IMG/VR virus record: IMGVR_UViG_3300046171_000155
Strand: one strand, 5' to 3'
Source of the DNA: a virus
Length of the DNA: 64,000 bases
The notes under the pieces are model-generated. The model worked only from the letters and a program-made list of their open reading frames with translations. It searched no databases and was not told the origin of the DNA. This document shows, piece after piece, positions 29,101 through 36,316 of the stretch. Position 1 is the first letter of the stretch; every line of letters begins with the position of its first letter. The position numbers and the translations under genes are program-made.

Positions 29101-30650
29101 CGTGTACGAGTTGAGGTACGAGCATACGCAGAAACACGGTTACGCGAGTAAGTTCCCGCATAAGCAGAAACACGGTTACGTGAGTAAGTGCCTGAGTAAG
29201 TACCTGTGTATGATGAAACGCGTGTGCGAGTATAGTTTGCAGAGTATGAAGAACTGCGTGTACGCGAGTAAGTACCTGCGTATGAAGAGACACGACCACG
29301 AGTGTACGAAGATGCACGACTACGTGAGAATGTTCCGGTGAAGTTAGTCACACGGTTACGAGTGTATGTTGATACACGTGCACGGTTATAAGTTCCTGCG
29401 AAGTAACCAGTAAATGCGGTCAATCGGTTACGAGTATATGATGAAACTCTTGTGCGAGCATATGTGCCCGAGTACGCAGAAGTACGAGTTCGCGAATAAG
29501 TTCCTGAGTAAGCAGAAACGCGAGTACGACCGTAGTTGTCTGAGTAAGACGAATTACGAGTACGCGAGTAAGTACCAGTGTATGAAGATACGCGAGTACG
29601 ACCATAGTCAGCAGCATATGCTGAACTGCGGTTACGTGAGTAAGTACCGTCATAAGTTGAAGTACGCGTACGAGCATAATTACCTTCAAATCCACGAGTA
29701 TAGTTACCAGTGAAGTCACGCGTATATGCACCAGTGTAATCCCCCACGAAAGTTCGTGAGAAAGTGTTGACACTGTTGCGAGTATATGATGAAATGCGGT
29801 CACGACTATATGCAGAAATACGAGTACGAGCATACGAAGAAACACGGTTACGAGTGTAATCGGTATCTATGATTGTGCGTCGTGAGTTCTCTGCACTACC
29901 ACGAGCATGCCATGTTCCTGGCAAGATAGGTGCACCCTGAGCAGAAGATCTTAACTGATAAGATCCAATTGCGCCTGGGACCGATCGTAATGTCTTAGCT
30001 CGTTGACCTAGAGTAAAAGACATTTGACCGTTGGTCATCTCTTTGAAACCATCAAAGGATGAACCATCATAACAGATGGCGACCGGACGTTCTTCATCAG
30101 GTGCTATGTATGAACCGTCTTTTTGATAAATGTGGTAAGCTGTTGTTGTGCCGTCACCAAGTGTATCGGTGAAGACATTAGAAATAGCAACCTTATAATC
30201 AGGACTTGGTGGAATAGAAGATAGTCTATAAATTCCATTCCATTGGTTTGTTTCCATTGTGCTTAATGCACGAGTTACAAGGAGGTCTAGATCACCATCC
30301 GTCATTTCATAGAAACCCGGATTGTCACCTAGCTCGTAATAACCAACAGGACGTACAAAATTTTCTCCAGACTCATCAGCAGTACCGCCTACTTGCTTTA
30401 GCGTAGTAGTTACGGTGGTACTAGTGATGTTAGATGCAGGGTGTGTTCCTGCCACTTCATTGTAGTATGTATCTACAAATGAACCAATATTAACACCATC
30501 AGTAAGACTGAGGTTGCCTGTGTCACTAGCAGCGGCCGCTGTTAGTGCTTCAGATACGGCATACGCAAGATATTCTTCTTGCGAAGGCGTAAATTCCTGT
30601 AAGTCACCATTAGCATTTTGAATTTTTAGTGGAATACTAGATGTTGACAC
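26109..30650 (-). CDS. Giant tetrapeptide-repeat virion protein A (1513 aa): globular base, two arms of about 570 aa and a central tip domain
   Basis: 4-residue periodicity (xRxR, xSxY, xGxY, xRxF) over about 1150 aa; own late promoter and terminator. Confidence 0.75.
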   Translation of the reverse strand: MSTSSIPLKIQNANGDLQEFTPSQEEYLAYAVSEALTAAAASDTGNLSLTDGVNIGSFVDTYYNEVAGTHPASNITSTTVTTTLKQVGGTADESGENFVRPVGYYELGDNPGFYEMTDGDLDLLVTRALSTMETNQWNGIYRLSSIPPSPDYKVAISNVFTDTLGDGTTTAYHIYQKDGSYIAPDEERPVAICYDGSSFDGFKEMTNGQMSFTLGQRAKTLRSVPGAIGSYQLRSSAQGAPILPGTWHARGSAENSRRTIIDTDYTRNRVSSYARTRISAYSRDRISSYTRNSVNTFSRTFVGDYTGAYTRDFTGNYTRGFEGNYARTRTSTYDGTYSRNRSSAYAADYGRTRVSSYTGTYSRTRNSSYSDNYGRTRVSAYSGTYSRTRTSAYSGTYARTRVSSYTRNRLTAFTGYFAGTYNRARVSTYTRNRVTNFTGTFSRSRASSYTRGRVSSYAGTYSRTRSSSYSANYTRTRVSSYTGTYSGTYSRNRVSAYAGTYSRNRVSAYARTSTRTRVSAYSADYTRTRVTNYTRDRVTNFAGVYSRARVSTYTRNRVTNFAGNFVGNYSRSFQGNYARNFVGNYSRGFAGNYVGNYARVSTRTSTRTRYSAYARTRVTNYVGNFTRLRVTNYAGNFVGNYATTFTGDFVGNYARNYAGNYTGDFTGNYARTSTRTSTRTLNYTRTLYYTGNFVGNYARNYSAAYATTPSYTRTLYYAGDFVGNYTRNRAASYVGNYSRDRVTNFEGNFAGNYSRNRAFSYAGNYSRTRATGYTGNFAGNYSRNFTGNYSRAYGGDYSRTASYSRNFAGNYSRAYGGDYSRVGTFTRTSTRTSTRTSTVSVAAQGPTYVAYSTYWEIDYESYMAFAYWNGFSRAIGTAGASTLSNSNGMSWSRGTYQSALGQQVFYSITQNAFSYNNNFSYAGNYTGNYTRNQYYSGAYSRNFTRNRASAYTRTQYFSGAYSRNFTRNRASAYTRTRATGYTGNFVGNYGRTRAGNYTGNYGRTRVTNYAGNFVGNYSRTRAASYTGNYARTSTRTSTNTGYYTRTLYYTGNYARAFTRDRTAVYTNTGNYTRTGSYAGDFVGEYTRNRTQVFSPQPMLIAYARTRVTNYVGDFTRDRVTNFEGNFSGNYARDFVGDFVGNYARGFAGDFAGNFTGEYTRTSTRTRYSAYARTRVSAYVRNRSSAYTRDRVTNFAGDFTGNYSRTFTGNYSRNFAGNFVGDFVGDFAGNYVGNYARNFGGNYVGNYSRGFSGQYTGAYSRGFVGEYTGAYSGTYNRNFAGDYTGNYARGFVGEYAGTYNTTFTGNYARTFSGQYTRQFAGDFVGNYARTFAGEYTGAYARDFVGDFVGNYNRGFVGEYTGAYSRGFAGEYTGAYTRGFAGDYVGNYARGFVGEYTGAYSRDFAGNYVGNYNRGFVGEYTGTYSRDFVGNYSRVRVSAYARIRTSAYSGAYSRNRVSTYVGDFTGNYTRGFEGNYNRDFVGNYARSFLGNYVGATISDSLTNVVETYTLYARVA

Positions 30651-30709
30651 GATATCGCTCTCTTTAAGTTAAAGTTAGTTTTGCCATCACTGCAGTAATG
30701 ACATAGGTA

Positions 30710-30717
30710 TATTTATA
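30710..30717 (-). promoter_or_regulatory. Late promoter TATAAATA
   Basis: Exact consensus upstream of repeat protein A. Confidence 0.8.
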
Positions 30718-30718
30718 A

Positions 30719-30743
30719 TAAAAAATCCCCTAAGAGTTAGGGG
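30719..30743 (-). terminator. Terminator overlapping the chaperone stop codon
   Basis: CCCCTAA-CTC-TTAGGGG followed by A and a T-run. Confidence 0.6.
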
Positions 30744-31215
30744 TTGTAGGCCAATTTACTTCCGCGACGGAAAGTATCGCTCCTAAATTATCTGTAACAT
30801 CTCTTAACGATTGACGGTAATTTTTCCATCCTATTCGTTGTTCTTCAGTCAAAGGACTGTCCGCCACTTGAGTCCAATCTGTTAATGACAATTTTCTATT
30901 TCTTTCTACCCTGATATCGTTCAGTAAATCTTCTCGGTTAAACTCCCATCCACCCAGTTCATTGCTCCAAGTGGCATGCCTATTAGGCGGACTACCAATA
31001 AAAATAAATTCTCCATCCGATGGAACATACCAATAATAACTCATAAAGTGACGAAGATCTTCGCACCCTGCAGGGACTCTATCTTCTGTTATGTGAAGTA
31101 TTAACTCTTTTCCATCTTCAGAGACACCGGCTGGATCTATTTTAAAAGTAGGGTATGAAATCCTATTTATTTTACCAGACACTTTATCTACGTAGACGAT
31201 GTATTTCAATTCCAT
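30730..31215 (-). CDS. Tail fibre assembly chaperone
   Basis: IRVERNRKLSLTDWTQVADSPL...WKNYRQSLRDVT...VNWPTTP. Confidence 0.85.
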   Translation of the reverse strand: MELKYIVYVDKVSGKINRISYPTFKIDPAGVSEDGKELILHITEDRVPAGCEDLRHFMSYYWYVPSDGEFIFIGSPPNRHATWSNELGGWEFNREDLLNDIRVERNRKLSLTDWTQVADSPLTEEQRIGWKNYRQSLRDVTDNLGAILSVAEVNWPTTPNS

Positions 31216-31243
31216 GATGAATTTACCTTTGATATCTGCCTTT

Positions 31244-31251
31244 TATTTATA
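31244..31251 (-). promoter_or_regulatory. Late promoter TATAAATA
   Basis: Exact consensus upstream of the chaperone gene. Confidence 0.75.
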
Positions 31252-31261
31252 TACTTTAAAT

Positions 31262-34200
31262 TCACTCAAGTCCAACATTTTCAGAAGTAAATGTTGTAGT
31301 AAATGTTGGGGTGTATGTTGGGGTGAATGTTGGAGTATATGTTGGGGTATATGTTGGTGTTGTAGAATCTGTTGATGTGCTTGACACCTTAGTGACTGTG
31401 TACTCTCCTGAGTTCAACCATTGACTTCCATTGTAGAAACCAATAGTGTATTGTTTTGTTTGTCCTTCTGCAGGTACATCTGAAACAGTAACGGTTTGAG
31501 CACCATTAGCGTTCTGTATAGAGAATGATTGAAGGAGAGTTAAGTTGTTATTATAAATTCGACCTTGAACTGACTGACCCCCTTGCGTATTAAAATCAAA
31601 CTCTACCGTATGTGTCGTCGCGCTATGGTGTACAACATTTTGAGTCGTTGATAAAATAGTGCCGATGTCATTATCATACAAAGTAAATGACTTTGAGTCA
31701 AGTACTCGCACATTAGATGATCCTCTAGGTTCAGACATTAAAGATGCGGTATTGCCTGTTCTCAATTCAGCAACGAATGTTTCTCCTTGCCAACCAATTT
31801 CAGAATCTTCTTGACTTCCTGTTCCAGTGCGTGTATAATTGCCTATGTAGTTTCCTGTATAGCCTCCTACAAATGTTCTCTCGTAAGCACCACCAAATGT
31901 ATTTGCATAGGAGCTAGATCTAGCGCGAGTACTGGTTCTATTATAAGTGCCTTCGTAAGCGCCAGTATATTCACCAACAAACCCTCTACTATAATTTTCT
32001 TCAAAAGGTCTTGTATAATCACGAGAATAATTTCCAGTATATTCACCGGCGTAGTTTCCAGAATAATTACCAGTGTAGTTAGAACCTATTGATCTAGCGA
32101 ACTCAACAGTATAGTTTCCGATGAATGGTGTTAAAAAATCACCTGTATAGTTACCAGCGAAGTTGCCTACATACTCTCCAACATACCCACGTGCATAGTT
32201 TCCAGTGTAATTGCCTACAAGGAAGTCTCTAGTAAAATATCCAGCCCCTTGTGTAACTCTTGTGCGAGTAAATTCTCTGCTATAATTTCCGCCGAAGTTG
32301 CGTGAATAGTTCCCTACGAAGTTTGCAGTATAGTTTCCAAAATAGTTTCTGCTATAATTACCAACAAAGGTGCCAGCAAAATCACCGACATAATCTCCAA
32401 CATACCCACGCGCATATTCACCTACAAACCCAGTACTATAGGACCTAGTATATGCCGAATCACGACTTCTAGAGTAATCTGTTATTCTTGTTCTGTTATA
32501 ATTGCCCGCAAAGTTGCCCACAGAAGTGCGTGAATAGTTCCCCTCAAAAGTAGAAGTTCTTATGAGAATGAAGTTTCTACTATAGTATAACGTTCTAGTG
32601 AAGTTGCGTGAATAGTTGATAGCATAATCTATGGATCTTGTATAATTACCTGTAAAGTTTCCAGCAAACCCTCTTGAATAATTACCTACATAATAAAGGG
32701 TTCTACTATAACTAGAGGACCTTACTCTAGCATACCCATCATGCGGAACCTCATATTCTATAGGATCACCATTTATATCAGTCTCAGGTAATGTAGATAT
32801 TCTGGTAGATGCATAGTATCCAGTTCCAGTTCTTGTGCGAGTGTATCCACGAATAAAGTCCCTCGCATAGTTAAAGTCTCGCGAGTAAGTGCCTGTAAAC
32901 GGAGCAGTAAATTCACTGGAATATGTCGCGCCGTTGGTAAATGATTGAGTACGATCCCTAGTAAAATTACGCGTATATTCAGTAGTTGTTCCAGTAGGGG
33001 CCGCGGTAGAACTTGTGGTTCCTTGACCAACTTCATAATACTTGGTGCCACCTATTGTAGCGATTAAATCACCTCTCCAGTAATAAATGTTATCGTTACC
33101 TTTTAACTTAGTTGGGCCGTTGCCATAATCCCGCGTGTCATTAAGTACTTTCGTTGTTCCGTTCCATTTAATATTGGTGACATGTACTGTGATCGAAAAC
33201 CCTTCGGAATTACTAGTATTAGTATCAACTGAGAAGAAAGTGTTGTTTGCAGTGTAAAAATATCCATCGCCAATGGTACGTGTATATCCACGAGAATAGT
33301 TACCAGTAAAAGTACTAATTCTTCCTGCTGCAGCGAAGTCGCCAACATAGTTGCCTGTGTAAGTGCCTTCGTAACCAACAGTTCTCGTAAAGTTGCGTGT
33401 GAATCCACGAGAATAGTTTCCTATATAATATAAGGTTCTTGTAGAGTCGGCTGGGAAATAAACTCCAGTAAATTCTCCGACATAAGAACCGACTGTTGTT
33501 CTGGTGCGACTATAGGCAGAATATCGCGTACGGGTAGATGTGCGAGTAAATTCTACTGCTGGGTTTACATAATTCCCAAGATAATTTCTAGCGTATGACC
33601 CCACCCTAGTATAGTCACCAGCATAGTTACCAGTGTAACTTGCGCTAGTCGTTCTCGCATAATCACCTACAAAATTCGTAACTCTGGTTCGCCCGTAGTT
33701 GCCAACAAAGTTCCCAGTAAAAGTTGCAGTATATGTACTAGAGTAATACTCGTTACGAGTCACGCCTCTAGTGCGACTATATGTAGAGTAACGTGTGCGA
33801 CTATATGTTACCGTACTTGGCATTCTAAAATAATACGCAACATCACCAGTGGGAAAGTCTCTAGAGTACTCTTGTGGTCCAGTTAATATAGCATTTCTTG
33901 TAAACTCTCTAGCGTAATATGCTGTATAGGATACAGTACGATCTCTGGTATACGCAGAAACTCTCGACCTTGTATAGTTTCTACTGTAGTAGCCAATATA
34001 TGATGCACCATAACTACGAGCATACGATGAAGTTCGGGTAGCTTGTCTGCTTCGGTTGTAGGTAGAGTAACGTGTACGACTATATGTCACCGTACTTGGC
34101 ATTCTAAAATAATACGCAACATCACCATTGGGAAGGTTTCTAGAGTACTCTTGTATTTCAGTTAATGTAGAATTTCTTGTGAAGTTTCCTGTGTAGGTCC

Positions 34201-35575
34201 CCAAGAACTCTCTAGAGTAATTCGTAGTATCTGTTCTGCTGTATCCCGCTACAAATGCAGAGGTTCTGGTTCTTGAATATGTCGCAGAAAAAGATCGCGC
34301 GTACCCTTCAACTCTTGTTCTATCATAAGTACTTGTTCTTGTTCGAGCGTATGCTCCAGAATACTCTCCGGTATATTCTCCAACATAATTACGAGCAAAA
34401 TCTCTTGAGAACGACCCTGCTACACTTCGAGAGTATGAAGATATTCTATTTCTTGAATATGTGCCTATGTAATCAGCAACATTGGTATATGAGACTGATC
34501 TCGATGAGGTGGGAGAAGTTGTTGTGAAGGTTGCGCTTTTAGTATCACCAAAGAAAGCTACTCTGTCCGACCCTAAGTCGTTCCCAGAACCAGAAGTTTG
34601 AAACACTCGAACATGATATGCACCTTCTTCAGAAGTATTCGCATTGAATGTAATAGAACTTCCTTCTGTAATTGCAGATCCTGATTGATATGTCAGAGAT
34701 CCAGTAGCGTTTTGATCTCCGGAACCGTCACCATCTGAGTCAACATCACCGCCACCACCAGGAGGTTCATAGGTACCAGACCCACCAGTTCTCAAGGTTG
34801 CGCCTAGAAGACTGCCTGTAGGATAAACTTTGAGTCTCTGGTCGCCATTTTGTAAATCCACAATAGCATCATAAGCTGAAGCTAATGTGCTACCAACCCT
34901 TAGACCAAAAAAGTCCGATCCGTGTGAGTTTTGAGCAGACCATTCAATATTTACATATTCGTTCGTATCTTTGGTCATTACATACGAGCTAGATTCTGTC
35001 CCTACTTCATTACTAAGAAGAGGTGGTAACCATGAAACGATATCAAAGTTAAAGTTTGTTCCTAATGCGCGACTATCAAACGCGACTTCTCCATAGCTTG
35101 TGACAATTCGCAGACCTCGGTCTATACTAGTATCATAACGGCTTGGGTCGGCCATAATGGTAGATGCTTTTCTGACAACAAAATAATCAAACTCTGTTTG
35201 CCAGTCATCATAAACTGCGAGTTTCCAATTTTCAAATTGTCCGTCTATTTGAGGGGTGTATGCTTCTATGCCTGTTCCAGTAAAGGTTACCGTTTCCCCA
35301 GAGACATTCATTTTGTGAAGATAAGGTGTATCAAAAGTGACCGTCATGATATCATCTGAAGGCACTTGAATATCAACAGAACTCCAGTCACCGCCACCAG
35401 GCGCGCTAGGGTTCTTAACAAATATCATATCACTTTCTAATAGACCGCCTGGAAGTGTGAACGAGTGTGCACGACCAGCATCTGTGACAATCAGATTAAG
35501 AATGTCCAGTTCTGTGTCCGATACAGTAAATGTTCCACCGGCATCATTGCCTATTATCTTTAATCCATATGACAT
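31262..35575 (-). CDS. Giant tetrapeptide-repeat virion protein B (1437 aa); repeat arms inserted within a Calx-beta/Ig-like domain
   Basis: MSYGL N-terminal domain; same xRxR/xGxY/xRxF units as protein A; C-terminal TPTY repeats. Confidence 0.72.
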   Translation of the reverse strand: MSYGLKIIGNDAGGTFTVSDTELDILNLIVTDAGRAHSFTLPGGLLESDMIFVKNPSAPGGGDWSSVDIQVPSDDIMTVTFDTPYLHKMNVSGETVTFTGTGIEAYTPQIDGQFENWKLAVYDDWQTEFDYFVVRKASTIMADPSRYDTSIDRGLRIVTSYGEVAFDSRALGTNFNFDIVSWLPPLLSNEVGTESSSYVMTKDTNEYVNIEWSAQNSHGSDFFGLRVGSTLASAYDAIVDLQNGDQRLKVYPTGSLLGATLRTGGSGTYEPPGGGGDVDSDGDGSGDQNATGSLTYQSGSAITEGSSITFNANTSEEGAYHVRVFQTSGSGNDLGSDRVAFFGDTKSATFTTTSPTSSRSVSYTNVADYIGTYSRNRISSYSRSVAGSFSRDFARNYVGEYTGEYSGAYARTRTSTYDRTRVEGYARSFSATYSRTRTSAFVAGYSRTDTTNYSREFLGTYTGNFTRNSTLTEIQEYSRNLPNGDVAYYFRMPSTVTYSRTRYSTYNRSRQATRTSSYARSYGASYIGYYSRNYTRSRVSAYTRDRTVSYTAYYAREFTRNAILTGPQEYSRDFPTGDVAYYFRMPSTVTYSRTRYSTYSRTRGVTRNEYYSSTYTATFTGNFVGNYGRTRVTNFVGDYARTTSASYTGNYAGDYTRVGSYARNYLGNYVNPAVEFTRTSTRTRYSAYSRTRTTVGSYVGEFTGVYFPADSTRTLYYIGNYSRGFTRNFTRTVGYEGTYTGNYVGDFAAAGRISTFTGNYSRGYTRTIGDGYFYTANNTFFSVDTNTSNSEGFSITVHVTNIKWNGTTKVLNDTRDYGNGPTKLKGNDNIYYWRGDLIATIGGTKYYEVGQGTTSSTAAPTGTTTEYTRNFTRDRTQSFTNGATYSSEFTAPFTGTYSRDFNYARDFIRGYTRTRTGTGYYASTRISTLPETDINGDPIEYEVPHDGYARVRSSSYSRTLYYVGNYSRGFAGNFTGNYTRSIDYAINYSRNFTRTLYYSRNFILIRTSTFEGNYSRTSVGNFAGNYNRTRITDYSRSRDSAYTRSYSTGFVGEYARGYVGDYVGDFAGTFVGNYSRNYFGNYTANFVGNYSRNFGGNYSREFTRTRVTQGAGYFTRDFLVGNYTGNYARGYVGEYVGNFAGNYTGDFLTPFIGNYTVEFARSIGSNYTGNYSGNYAGEYTGNYSRDYTRPFEENYSRGFVGEYTGAYEGTYNRTSTRARSSSYANTFGGAYERTFVGGYTGNYIGNYTRTGTGSQEDSEIGWQGETFVAELRTGNTASLMSEPRGSSNVRVLDSKSFTLYDNDIGTILSTTQNVVHHSATTHTVEFDFNTQGGQSVQGRIYNNNLTLLQSFSIQNANGAQTVTVSDVPAEGQTKQYTIGFYNGSQWLNSGEYTVTKVSSTSTDSTTPTYTPTYTPTFTPTYTPTFTTTFTSENVGLE

Positions 35576-35886
35576 TATGAAATTCTCAGTGCCATTACAA
35601 TACCACTCTGTGTACCGTAAGAACCACTATTATTTTGTAATTGGAAACCAGTCGAAGTCTTATTAATCACATCTACATATCTAGGGTTGCCCACAAATAC
35701 AATTAATATTTTAGAACCGTCATTGGCATTGGGGCAAGCATATACACTGCTTGTTTGATCTTTAGTCAGACTAAATGAAGAGTATACTTGGATATTAGAT
35801 GTTCGGATCGAATCAGAAAATACTAACTTAGAGGTAGTTGCATCACCATTGATGATTGGTCCATATATTTCTAATCCATACGACAT
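35575..35886 (-). CDS. Small tail-tip/adaptor protein resembling the N-terminus of protein B
   Basis: MSYGLEIYG...LVFSDSIR compared with MSYGLKIIG...FTVSDTEL. Confidence 0.55.
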   Translation of the reverse strand: MSYGLEIYGPIINGDATTSKLVFSDSIRTSNIQVYSSFSLTKDQTSSVYACPNANDGSKILIVFVGNPRYVDVINKTSTGFQLQNNSGSYGTQSGIVMALRIS

Positions 35887-35896
35887 GACGAATTCC

Positions 35897-36292
35897 TTAT
35901 GGTGATTCAGGCCAAACTACATCTTCTAAACTAGAATATTGGTTTGTGATATCCCTCAGTTCTTGACGATAGATTGCCCATATCTCACGATCGTCATCGT
36001 CTAGACCATTATCGTCCATACGAGTCCAATCTGTTTCAGAGAGTAACTGATTACGTTTTTTTCGTAAATTTTCTATACGGATTTTTTCTACAATTTCATC
36101 AGGAAATGGTAATACTAATTGTGCAACAATATCTTTTGATTCGATATACTTATCAACAAGTAAACAAAAATTAATGTCGTATTCTTCTTGAGTAGGAACA
36201 TATAATTTCCAATCATTAGACGGCAATATATTCCCATCAAAAGATTGAGGAGATCCTATTGGGTTTCCGTTTTCTATTCTTATAAATTGCAT
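35897..36292 (-). CDS. Tail fibre assembly chaperone (second copy)
   Basis: LRKKRNQLLSETDWT...WAIYRQELRDIT...VVWPESP. Confidence 0.85.
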   Translation of the reverse strand: MQFIRIENGNPIGSPQSFDGNILPSNDWKLYVPTQEEYDINFCLLVDKYIESKDIVAQLVLPFPDEIVEKIRIENLRKKRNQLLSETDWTRMDDNGLDDDDREIWAIYRQELRDITNQYSSLEDVVWPESP

Positions 36293-36316
36293 TATTCAAT
36301 CTTCCTCTTGGGTATA

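Noticed and set aside
26109-35575. Repeat region as a CRISPR array, DNA inverted repeat or non-coding satellite
   Set aside because: There is no constant repeat with unique spacers. The periodicity is 12 bp, in frame, with synonymous variation. Paired units (e.g. the codons for TRNR and VGNY) are not DNA reverse complements, so the symmetry exists only at the protein level.
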